Source: Psilocybe cubensis
Taxonomy: Eukaryota
Assembly: GCA_017499595.2 (NCBI GenBank)
Contig: CM039010.1
Coordinates: 930,001 to 994,000 of the forward strand
Direction of reading: 5' to 3'
DNA: 64,000 bases
Program-made: the position numbers and the translations under genes
Shown: piece after piece, positions 38,705 to 50,590 of the stretch
Layout of the letters: every line of letters begins with the position of its first letter
Position numbering within the stretch: position 1 is the stretch's first letter
The notes under the pieces: model-generated
The model's input: only the letters and a program-made list of their open reading frames with translations
The model's database searches: none
What the model was told of the DNA's origin: nothing

Positions 38705-39820
38705 CCCTCAGCGAAATGCACCCCCAACTCCTCCGCGAAAGAGGAAGGTAAGACGACGACTGCATCACGGACTGGGCCACACGGCCTGGTCCGTCGATTT
38801 AATCGTCGTCAGCTATTCTATGCCAGACCCCGCCGCCTGATTAAAAGGTAAGAATTCCTGGTATCATTTCTTCAGATTCACAGACTGACTGACACATTGT
38901 GCTATGACAGGCTATGGCTTCTGGTTTGATCCAAAGGCAAGTCCATGGTTTCTTCAAGGCGGTATTGTTCGGAATACTTACAATTCCATCTTGAACAGAT
39001 ACTCGGCTCACATCCACTCGCGAGCCCCGCACTACCGCCCTTGGTGTAGCCAAACGGCTGCACTTTGGGCGGTAAAGGTCCCCAGAATCGCAGACGGGTT
39101 CTGGGGATACTGTCGGAAGAAGCGTTCGAAACCGAACGCTTCACCGGCAAAGCTCATTGGGTGGCCAAACGCCGCCCATGAGATCGATGACCGGCTGGGG
39201 CCCAACGCCCTAGCCGGTCTTGTGCAATCTATGTAAGTTGCACTTGCTTTACTCATTTTGAGCATCTACTTAATCGCACTCTTCCTTTCTCTTAGGTGTC
39301 TGAATATGTCTCACGAGGAAACTGTCTATGTACGTGTGCTCGCATTCTTTTATTCACATCTCTTACTCACTCTATCGACAGGTTATGTGCTCTATGGCTG
39401 CAATGAATCGTCTGAAATGCAATACTAACCCTACCCGTCGCGCGACTGCGGTCGCACCCCTACCGTCCCCCGGAGAGACCCCGCGGGTAGGCGGGGTCTC
39501 GCTGGCAAGAGAGCTGGACGGTAATGTAGGCGCCTCTCGAAATCGATCGAGGCGCCACTGTCGCATCCGCGCGCCTTCCGGCCGGATCGACAAAGCCCAC
39601 CATCCGGTGGGAGTTTCTTTTCTAGAAAGCCAGCAGACGCCTCACGGCGTCGCGCAGGCCCTACTACCCTGAGCCGCCTCTGGGTAGTAAAGGCACACGT
39701 ACTCGACACTCGTCGAGTACGAATTTTTTTCCCATACACCGGTGTGCCGCCTTGTCGTGGCGTATGGGCTAAACGCATTCGGTTCCACTTGTGGGATCAA
39801 ATGCGGCCAAGAGCACACCA
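38705..39820 (+). ncRNA. Candidate spliced, highly structured long non-coding RNA
   Basis: Introns 38748-38812, 38848-38910, 39233-39295 and 39330-39381 (GT..AG). Exons 38911-39232 and 39382-39820 are serial stem-loops with G-U pairs on this strand. The first ATGs give only a 19-aa ORF. The start coordinate is a guess. Confidence 0.5.
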
Positions 39821-40384
39821 CCTTCATTGATTTCCTACTTTCCTGTGCTTCCTCTTATTCCTCCGCTCAGCTCTAACCATTGACAGCATTTGAAGGTGAG
39901 TCAGATGTAGTATATTTTATCTTCCATTATACTGGTAGATAGTTGTACATACAATCCAATGATCAACTATCTTGCATGCAAAATAAATTAACCCTGAGGA
40001 TAAGAAATATCTATTGCTCATTGTTTAATTAAGACAAAGCAAACAAGGGAAAGTATACCTGTTGAATCAAATGCACCATGTTCTTTTTCAAGTTGGAAAA
40101 TTACTTGTCAAGTAAGAGCACATCCCGACTCACATCACGGAGAGTCATGTTTAAATTTTAAGAAACATTGTCAAGTAACAATAAGAGGAGGAGATGGTGT
40201 CTTATCGTTGAATAAAGAAATGCAACCAAAGAAAGAGGAGGGATTAACCTGTATCAATCGAATTGCAGCGCTTCTTAGTTAACCAGTCGGAATGGTGAAG
40301 TTGGCATGAATATTCATGTTTGAGTCGACAAATTCAGCAATAAACCCTTTCCCACAAGCTTCCGAAATGGCAGCAAAGATGCGC

Positions 40385-41798
40385 TCACGCTGCCTTGAAC
40401 ATCTCAGCACCTAACAATTGCATTCTCACCTCATGTTTCCTTCTACGTTCCTCCATATCTGCCTGCAACTTCAAGCGTTGTAACTCTGCGGCTGCCTGCT
40501 TCTCCTGCCCCTCGTTTTCCAGTTGTTTTAGCTTGATCTTCAGCTCCAGCATGCGATAGTCGCTTTGTTTTCCGGGTGCAGAACAATGTCCGTGTTTATA
40601 AGACTCGTGCCGGGTTTTGCTACGCGTAGTTCTCGAGCTAGATGTTGATATTTCCGAGACAGAATGGGAGTTTCTCCGCTTGACTGATACATGCGGTGTG
40701 TGGCTCCTATTAATAAAAGCAGGTTGTCATTAAATAATTCCTGGGACGAGGCAACGAAGAGGTTTTGGGCTCCGAGATACGCACTTTTTGATGCGTCGCC
40801 GGTGCTGTGATGGCTGGCCCCCTGTTTCCCCTTCAAATCCAGAAGCTTCACTATCCGAACTCGAAGGCGACATCTCGTCACTGTTCTGGAGAGCGCATTA
40901 ACACGGTTTGGAATGAGATACACTGTATCACCGGCAGGCTTACAGTTGACATCCCGTGTGAAGGAGCAGAAGTAGTACGCCTCCTTCTCCTCCCACCCGA
41001 TCTTTTAAGGTTACCCCTTAAATACTGGTTAAAGGTTGGGTTATTTCTCCAGTACTTGTGTAACCTGTCCCATAGGTATTCGGGAGGCAAAAATTCAGTT
41101 TCTGCTAACGTGAGGACGAGAAATGGGTTAGTAAAAAGTTAGAAAGAGCTAAGTGAAGGCTTATCTTGTTGCATCTTACCCGGTATTTCTCCAACCTTCC
41201 AAGTACCTCTCGGCTTAAATTCAATATCATCCAGTCGCAGAATACTATCGAGTTTGATTTCTGGCTTAGACTCCATAATTTCTTTGTTAACAGTTTGGTA
41301 CGTCTTCTTCCACCTGGTAATGTGTCGTTACAAAGAAGGATATGTGGTTTATCAACCGATGGTCATAACACGTACCTCTCATGGATGTGATACTTTACCT
41401 GCATAGAAAACGGCATAAAGATCTTGTTCAACCTCTTGTCAATATCCGGCACATTTCGAACAAGCTGCTTTTTCAGGTGTGCGAGGGCATCCTCCAGATT
41501 GCCATGAATACCGTGTGCTTGAAGCCTTTGTGGAATGGTGCCGTCGTCGTCATCCGTTGAATAGAGATGCAGCGCAGCACGAGCGTAGCATGCTCCCAGG
41601 GTGAGAGTTTCGCCCCGGATGGGTACCGTGACGTCGAAAATGACGTCTCGTTCCTCGGGATGTCCATCTAGCCAGTCGAGCAAGTCAATGGCGCGCCGTG
41701 GGTTGTCCTCAAATCTGAAGTACACTAAGTAGAAGATTTCACGTTTGAAGCTAGAAGACTTGAATCAGAAAAAATCACTTACGACCAATGCCGGGCAT
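40385..41798 (-). CDS. Hypothetical agaricomycete protein (helical N-domain, LHxYWxxxPxFN motif, C-terminal coiled coil)
   Basis: Exons splice in frame: MPGIGLYFRFEDNPRRAIDLLDWLDGHPEER...VKYHIHERWKKTYQ...YLWDRLHKYWRNNPTFNQY...MLELKIKLKQLENEGQEKQAAAELQRLKLQADMEERRRKHEVRMQLL. Confidence 0.7.
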
Positions 41799-44316
41799 GT
41801 GCAGAACTCCCTCTTTGTTAGGTTGGATAAACCAAAGACGGCCCCTGGCTTATATAGTCTACAAAGAAACGAGGTCAAGTAACGTATCATCATTGAATAT
41901 ATGCTACACGTCATCATCCTGTCAGAGAAGTTAACGTACAAGTTGACCAATGTCGGGCAAGATTAGGGAAGAAAGCAAATTTGAAGTGAGCTGGAATGAA
42001 GGTGACGTTATTGAACTTTAATTCCGCTAGCAGTAGGTTGACCGACCAGAGTGAGGGACAGTGACCAAAGTTACTGAGACAGGGATGAAACTTCGCGCCT
42101 GGTGCACCATGTAGATAAACAGGCTTTATATGTGCAATTGGATGAATCATACTCCTCCCAGTAAGTTTGAAGAAGAGGAAAGTAAGCTCACCGACATTCA
42201 GATACATGAGTTGATTCACACAGCGAACCTATTCTATCACATTCACCGGCACCGTCAAGTTTTCCCCGTTCACGCATACACATATACAAGCGAGAACATC
42301 TTCGAGGTGATGCTAAGACTGCACAAGCGTGTTGCGTAAACCTATAGAGGGAGAACACTTATACAAGGATCACTACGTGAGGTGACCGTGACGAGGGAGG
42401 GCTGAGCTGGATGATAGGTTTGGAATTGGGGTTGAATGTGGACACAGAGGATGTGGTGGGAACTACAGACGTGCGTAGAGAAGTTGTGGGGCCCTGAAAG
42501 GAGAGGAAAAGAGGAGGAGAAGGAAGATGGCAGTAAGAAGTGCTAGATGAGCAGCTTCGACGCTGCAGAATGCTTGTTGATAAAAGCAATGAGTCGGTAT
42601 ACGGGAGTTTCTTCGAGTAAGGACGAACATTTACTAACCTGTCAATATATCCACACATAGACAACGACGTCCTCCACAACTCAGTGTTCTACACCAAAAC
42701 ATAAGGATCGAGACATGACAGAAAAAGCACCGCCAACGCATTCTTCTGAATCACATGGAACACTGGGCAAACTTTGTAGTAAGAGTGGTGTCGTTTTCAT
42801 TGTCGTGGCTGTAAAGTTGAAACCCTTGATGATGTTCGAGGGTCAAATCAAGACTCGAGACTCGTGTTCGTGTTAATTAAATTAAAGTTGTTTCTCTTTT
42901 TACTGTAGACACACGGATCAGAAAAACTTTCATCAAGCATGTCATGACTCGCTCGATCGCCACCACTCAGCCACTTGCGTTAACATAGTCTCTGTGGGGC
43001 TCGATGAACCTACAATGAACTGTGTTGTTTTTCGAGTTCAAATCAAGTCCTTAAATTACTTTACGCTTGAATTGGCAATTCCACTACTAGACAAATGCTA
43101 CTCTGCTGGGATACAGTATGTCATTTTTTTACCTCTTCTATCGTTACTGAAGCATTTGTACACTTAGTATTAGCTATCCGAGTCTCGGAAGTCGTAGTCC
43201 GATAACGTTTGTTGGGGCCCTCGGACTGATGCTGTGTCAATGTGATTTCCATTAGTTGAAAACACCAACGGCAAGTTCCTATCTCAACTGATTTCAAGAT
43301 TCCAAGAATACAACGACCGCGTCTCTCGAACCCGCATGGCACATGTACAACATCTACTCACACATTATGTTCCCGAAGGCTGTTGTGGAAATCCCAGGAC
43401 GACTTCAAAATTGATGACACACGTCCAAGGTCGAATCATGTTCTGAAAATAGGGGTTCACTGAGAAGTATTCGGAGATACAGCCACCCGGTGAACGACTC
43501 AGATCTGCAGAGAAAATGCAGGACGAAATCACGGCACAACGGGCGCTTAATTAGCACAGTCGTTTAAAGACGTACATGATGGTTAAACAGGTAGAGATTG
43601 AATATGTTATACTGCACGTAAAGGAAGATCTGATTAATATTTAGCTATACACACATCTCCAGAACAATGATGGGCGGGCTTGGTTAATGTGTGCACCAGC
43701 ACAACGGGGGAGTTTTGCACAAGATGGACAGCATGATAAATTGTACCGGCGCATTGTTCTATATATGCCTCTGTATTCTCACAGTGATGTTATCTTCCAC
43801 TTGGTCGTCTCATGGTACAAACGTATCAGTGATTGGGTCAAAGCAGAACACACTGAATATGTTCCTGACTGCGCCAGTTTATCTTCGCACTGTTTCCACT
43901 CATCAAGTCAAAATTGGCGGGGCACTGACAGATGCAGGTATAGATTATAACCTCGCGCTTAAAGAATTTAGTGACAATCGATTGGCCAATATCCTTGAAA
44001 CGATTGTGCTCTGGTCGTACCCTTGAGACTTGCAGTATTGCTAGAAATCATGGATATATTCGGAAATGTTGTTTATTTATTCTATCAATCGAGCAGTGGC
44101 TAGGGTCAAGCATCAAAGTGGCGGAACTATTTGGACTTTGCCGCCACTCCCCTAGTTATGGACATGTAGCAAAGATTTTGATTGTTGTACTATAATCCAA
44201 GACGGTAAAGTGGAACAAAGCAACCCATATGTAGGAGGCAGTGCAAAGAGAAAACAAATAAATAGAATCGACAATAGATGAGAGCAGCGTTTGTTACGAG
44301 AAAGAAGGCAGAATCC

Positions 44317-45682
44317 TCAGCCATTATTGGTCGGGTACAACAGTTCTCGGTGGAGATCAATGGAAGGAGTTTTACGAAGAAATTCATCAAGAGTCTTCAG
44401 GGCAGTGTCAGCTGTCATGCGGTCCTGAGGATTAGGTACGCAAAGAGCCTGCCAAAGTCTGTCGACCTCATCCAGCCCGGTCTTATTGGAGTGTCAGTAT
44501 GATTTATACAGACAAAATTTTAGCTTGACTACTCACCAACAGAAAAATGCGTAGATCGTTTCCCAACTCCCACATATCCAATTTGAATGGGCAATATGGC
44601 TCCTTCGTTCTAAGTTCCGGCGCAATACTACGACCGAATTGTTCTAGATCCCGATGAAACGATGTGCACACCCTATCCGACTCTAAGGAGTCCGCTGGAA
44701 AGTCAACTGCAGTTTCAAAATCGATCATGTATACCCTAGGACGAGCCACGGTTGTGCGTTTAGTCAAAGACTCGGGCATCCATTCAACCATAAAGTTAGG
44801 TAGATATAGATCCTGTATATGATATTCAAAAGACGAAACGCCTTCAAGTAACAGGAAACCTACACGATGCGCAATAAGGTTTTGGTGGAGATATGCAGTT
44901 GCCTGTAGAAATTTAGAAATTTTGGTAAATATGTGTCGAATATGGGGAATAAACATGAACCCACCTCAAAAGCCTGGAGCACCATGTATAAGGCGTCTTC
45001 AACGGAGCATGACTCTGGATAGAGAAGGACCTCATGAAGATCGAAAATAAGCTTTGGGACAGCTATAATGACAATATCCTGGAAGTAAACCTCGTGTAAA
45101 ATAGGCAGAATGTGGTTGCTGCTTAGCAACTGGTCTGGAGGGGATGCAAGTCGCTTCATAATTCGCAGGTGGGTCTGTCCTTCGCCTGATAGGGCAACTA
45201 CACGAAGAACGACGTCGCGAATTCCATTCATACGAGCAGCGTGGTGAAGGCACACCGTTATAAAACTAAACCTCCGCCATCTTACCCATGATATATTTGG
45301 GGCGCTGTGCGAAGTCAAGTATAAGAAATTATCTCCCTGTGGAGGCAGATCATAATCCCAAAGCTGTTGCCCGGGGGTGGTTGTCCACAGCTGAAAATTA
45401 TGCTGTTCGAGCAGAGGTCGGAGTTCGTCCCATACTTCTACGTATTTTTCGAAGCTGAGAAATTTCCAAGTTTCGAGATCTTTTGGTAGCTGAAATTCAA
45501 GATAGATTATTCCTGAGCCTAGCGTGGTGAACTGAAGGACAACATACCTTTTCACGACGAGGTGATTTGGGGACCTTTTTCCTGGACTGTTTGATGGAAA
45601 GGAGAGATATAGCACTGGCTGTCACAACAAAGGTGAAAGCACCGAGGACCAGTAATGAGGTGGATTGTGAGCCGCGAATCAT
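44317..45682 (-). CDS. Atypical protein kinase, AgaK1-like (copy A)
   Basis: Five exons: N-terminal hydrophobic anchor, DVVLRVV, SNHILPIL, YLHQNLIAHR/DLYLPNFMVEW, RPRVYMIDFE, IAPEL, YCPFKLDMW, DRMTA. Confidence 0.85.
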
Positions 45683-46089
45683 TCAAGTTGAACCAAGCGG
45701 TATGGGTTGTGGGAGAATTTAAGATTGGTGTTGACGTACGCATGTAGTAGCAACACTTAAACCAAGCTTAAACCCTAACCTAATCACAATAGCCAAACAA
45801 ATAAACGAGAATGCGACATTCCTACATTAGGTATTCATGTGACGCTTCCCTGGTTATGCCGCCGGGTTTACAGTGTTTTCCGATGAGCAAAAATCGGAAG
45901 GCTATATGCAGTGGTTTAGATGATGTAGAACTCAATGGTTGGGAAACCGTAAGAAACGGTAGACAATCAATATATTTATGGCACAATGACCGTTAGAAGG
46001 AGCTTGAAAACTGCCGCCGCCACTGGCCAGTGGCCACGATAGTCCCCAGGATAACTGATTGCAATCAAAAAGCGGAAAGAGTATCACAA

Positions 46090-46745
46090 TTAAAGGATAC
46101 ATTGAACCATCTCGTCAGAAACTAAAGATATAAGCACACTCAGGGCAGCTAAAATTATTTCAAGCTGCCGCTTGCACCTGAAAATTGTATTTAGGTTCTC
46201 AAAAGTCGGGGGGCGGTTGGAGAAAGTGGGAGGCTGGTGTTTTAAGGAAGGTGTTAACGAAGTCACATTATAGGAGTGTCGCAGTTTCACGGACTGCTTA
46301 CCTGGTAACAAAGCAATCGTGCTGTTGGCTCATTAAATCCAGTGTAGTGCGGTCTGCAAATTTCAATCGATAGAACCCCTGGATATTTATGAGATGATAG
46401 ATCTAAGCCGCCATGATGTCTATATCCACTTACACCATTTCTTGCGGACTCATGTACGCCGATGAGAAGGCCGACGTACGCGGTGTCGCCAACGTAGAAC
46501 AGAATATGTTCCTTTTGCAAAATTAAGCGGACAGGCAAGCATGTATAAAGAATAAATTTTCTTACCTGTAGGTTTCCCGGTTTTAAATTGAGGTGGTCAT
46601 TTCGCCGCTAGACGTTTGATATTACCTCCACGTTTAAACTTGGAAAAGCAGAAATCAAGCATACAACATCAGCGTTCGGATGCGGGTCATAGTGGGGACC
46701 AGTGGGAGGATATTGGGTCCAAGGAGGATGGTTGATGTTAGACAT
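46090..46745 (-). CDS. Small hypothetical multi-exon protein
   Basis: MSNINHPPWTQYPPTGPHYDPHPNADV/RRNDHLNLKPGNLQ/EHILFYVGDTAYVGLLIG... joined in frame by GT-AG introns; no family recognised. Confidence 0.4.
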
Positions 46746-48656
46746 GCTAGATAGAAGCGTTGAAGGTATGCTTAAGATGGGGGCTAAAAGGGGAGTCGAA
46801 TGACACAAGTCCTCTACCTTTGGTAGACCTATTTATGTGTTCTACGTTTTTCATATCGATTGTCGAATGCACCATTACTGGTCCAATCGATAAATATCTG
46901 ATGAGTCACAGATCCATTCCATGACTTCCATGCTATGGGAGTAATATGTGTTCAAGCCTCAAGGCATTTCTAACCCAGTTGAAGCTAAACATCTCCGATG
47001 TGCGACATTTTTTAGCGGGCTGCGTCTTCGGTGCTTTTCTGAACCAACGAAAGGTTCCCCACGCCACTGAATAACTTGCCACTGACCAATTATACGCTGT
47101 ACGAGTCTCAAAGAACCGAAGACTTCATGTTCACAATAATTTCATTGTATATAGTACTGAGTAACCTAATCACATCCTTTAAGGCAATATAGTTTTGCTT
47201 ACATGGCAGCAACATTTAGTCAAATTTTTATAAAACATTATCTGAAGGCCGTGAGTAATTCTTGATGTAGTACTTTTACTATCAATACAGCTCCCAGGAA
47301 GCAGACACGTTGCCTTTGTTAGCGAGAGGTTCTCACCGCTCTGCCCTTATTCTACTTCTGATTATACCCCGGGAAGCGCTTCTTCGCATAAGAGCAGAAT
47401 AGAAGCACTTGTTTAAGAAGAGATACATGAGTGTGTATACACACTGAAAGTTGACCATACAGACGACAAAGTATAATGACGTCACCCCTGGTATTCGGGC
47501 GCCTAAGTGTTAATGAGCTTTGAGCAGCATGTTGGGGGCAATATTCTCTTGAAGACCTAATATGCCTCTATGGACAAGTAGTATTTAGTGAGGAAAACTC
47601 TTCTTCGATGCAGTGGCGGCGTGTGTAAGGCATGTGCGCGTGGTTGTGTGTGCAAACACATTGTGAGTCACAGCTGATAGATGTCCGAATTCTCCGTGAT
47701 GCCACCAAAAAGGACCACTGAGACTCTGAGTCATACGTTAAGTCAGTTGGAAAAGTTTTTGTTCCCTGAGAAAAAAGGTGCACCAACTATCTTAATTGCT
47801 GTGCCCGTTCTATAAGATCCTCGGCCACGAAGCTCAATACAAAGATCGGGGTCATATTGGAATATTTTAAGTTGAACGTAGAAATGGTATAGTAAGATAA
47901 GGAAGTACCTTCTGCTTCTCTTTTCTTTTCTATCACGCCATTGTTGGAGCATTTGTGTGCTTGGTTGCATGTTATCCCCAGGGTCGTACATATCTGGCAT
48001 AGGCCACGACCTTCAGACGACCTCAGTTGAATCAAACTTGTCGAAATCCGAACGCGAGAAGATGAGGAGTATGGGAAACATACGACGCAAATGGAATGGA
48101 CTCGAGTGACTGAGAAGAAGGATTCTGATTAAGAAACGGAGTTGCCGAGGAATTAACGAGGAGATACGAGGTTTTTCATGATAGTCTACAATGAATGAGA
48201 CTGATAGGATGGAATGGGATGGACGACGAGTAAATGACCTGATTCATGGGGAGATACATGCTTGATGACCTTGAGAGTCATGTCGAAGGGCGGTGGGCGC
48301 TTGAAATCCTCCACTGTTTCATGTTCTATAGCAATGTAAGACGCTTGTTACTACATATATAATCTCAAACAATTGGAATTTGAATGAGAATGAGGGACAT
48401 AGTTTTCATTGCAACACGGACAATAGCTCTCTGGTACTAACTGAGCCTGTCAACTGGAGGAACGACATTACAATCTACCTTGGGAAACTGTATTCCTATC
48501 CGAGATCTCAGATCAAACATCCAAATTCTCATAGACAACGCCAAAAAATTAGGTAAACCCGCCCATACGTAGGTAGCCAGTACAAAGAGAAATCAAATAA
48601 ATTCAATCGACAATAGATGACAGCAGCTTTCGGTTACGAGAAAAATGGCAGAATCC

Positions 48657-49996
48657 TCACTCATAATTGGTGGGGTCCAATATCTTTTTGTGGAGATCAA
48701 TGGAAGGAGTTTTACGAAGAAATTCATCAAGAGTCTTCAGGGCAGTGTCAGCTGTCATGCGGTCCGGAGGATTAGGTTCGCAAAGGGCCTGACACAGTCT
48801 GTCGACCTCGTCCAGTCCGGTCTTGTTGGAGAGTCATTAATACTTATACAGACAAAATTTTAGCTTGATTACTCACCAATAGAGTGATACGTAGATCATT
48901 TCCCAACTGCCACATATCCAATTTAAAAGGGCAATAGGGCTCCTTCGTTCTAAGTTCCGGCGCGATATAGCGACCAAATTGATCTAGGTCCCGATGAAAC
49001 GATGTGCACATCCTATCCGACTCTAAGGAGTCTGCTGGAAATTCAACTGCAGTTTCAAAATCGATCATGTATACCCTAGGACGAGCCACGGTTGTGCGTT
49101 GAGTCAAAGACTCCGGCATCCATTCAACCATAAAGTTAGGTAGATATAGATCCTAGATATGATAGTCATATAAGAAGAAACACATTCAAGTAACCGGAAA
49201 CATACACGATGCGCAATAAGGTTTTGGTGGAGATATGCAGTTGCCTGTAAAGGTTTTTGTAAATATATGTCGAATCCGGGGAAGAAACAACATGAACCCA
49301 CCTCAAAAGCCTGGAGCACCATGTATAAGGCGTCTTCAACGGAGTTCGACTCTGTATAGCGAAGGACCTCACGAAGATCGAAAATAAGCTTTGGGACGGC
49401 TATAATGACGATATCCTGGAAATAAATTTCGTATAAAATAGGCAGAATGTGGTTGCTGCTTAACAACTGGTCTGGAGGGGATGCAAGTCGCTTTATAATT
49501 CGCAGGTGGGTCTGTCCTTCGCCTGATAGTGCAACTACACGAAGAACGACGTCGCGAATTCCATTCATGCGAGCAGCGTGGTTAAGACACGCCGTCATAA
49601 CACCGAATCTGCGCCATCTTACCCATGACTTATTTGGCGTGCTGTGTGAAGTTAAGTAGAAGAAATTATCTCCCTGTGGAGGAAGATCATATTCCCAGAG
49701 CTGTTGCCCGAGCGTGGTTCTCCACAGCAGAAAATTATGCTGCTCGAGCAGAGGTCGGAGTTCGTCCCATACTTCTACGTATTTTTCGAAGTTGAGAAAC
49801 TTCCAAGTTTCGAGATCTTTTGGTAGCTGACAATACGAGGTAGATTATTCCTGAGCCTAGCGTGGTGAACTGAAGGACAACATACCTTTTCACGACGGGG
49901 TGATTTGTGGACCTTTTTCCTGGACTGTTTAATGGAAAGGAGAGATATAGCACTCGCTGTCACAGCAACAGTGAAAGTACCAAGGATCAGTATCAT
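48657..49996 (-). CDS. Atypical protein kinase, AgaK1-like (copy B)
   Basis: Same exon structure and motifs as copy A; in-frame deletion of about 8 aa at the N-terminus; no stop seen in exons. Confidence 0.85.
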
Positions 49997-50590
49997 TGAA
50001 GTTGAACCAAGCGGTTGTGGGAGAATTTAAGATTGGTGTTAACGTACGTACCTAGCAACACTTCAACCTCTCTTACGGGAAGTTGCCGTAATCATCGTTA
50101 GAACCGAACAAAGACGCGCAAGGGAGGTGCGCGCGCTGTGCGCTATGATTCAGAATATTTTTTGGCAGACAATTCAAGGTGGAGTCTTGGCCTGCAAAAC
50201 TATTACTATAACTTCCCGAATTCCTGTGTGGTACGCCCGGGCTGCGCTATACATATACTTCTGAGGGCGAAGACCAAAACTGGATCACACGAAAGTTTCA
50301 AGGCGACTATACAAACTTGACCCTGGACGACAGACTTTGACAACAAAGAAAGCAGTTCTGGGAAGACCTGCCTAATATTGACCAGAAATTGACCGACATC
50401 TTTGCACGGTAGGTTCCGTGCAAGTACCCAGCTCCTTCATTCTCATGGAGAACTGCGACCAAATCCATTGCAATACGACCCATCAAGCGCCTGAAATCGA
50501 ATGCCCAATCCGCAGAAACGATGCAAAAAATTAGTTAACGTGAATATCCATACTCAAACCAATGACACCTCCGTATTCAATACACATCCG

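Larger units (their letters stand above)
35242..39820 (+). repeat. Copy 1 of a repeat unit of at least 4.6 kb (inverted copy at 59403-64000); hairpin-rich, no transposase seen
   Basis: Base-level alignment: 64000 corresponds to 35242 and 59403 to 39820 (...GAGCACACCA). The ORF tracks mirror each other. The outer boundary cannot be defined in this window. Confidence 0.95.

Noticed and set aside
35242-39820. Autonomous LTR, DIRS, Helitron or DDE transposon call
   Set aside because: No enzyme motifs in any frame, no CTRR end seen, and no TSD can be assessed because the outer end is outside the window.
35255-39827. Many 60-130 aa ORFs in the repeat (and mirrored in copy 2)
   Set aside because: They overlap in several frames, have no recognisable domains, and several are changed by indels between the copies.
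45758-45785. AAACCCTAACCTAA telomere-like patch
   Set aside because: Fewer than two perfect units and absent from the duplicated copy; compatible with chance.
47568-48035. Short minus-strand ORFs between kinase copies A and B
   Set aside because: No convincing exon chain or homology recognised.
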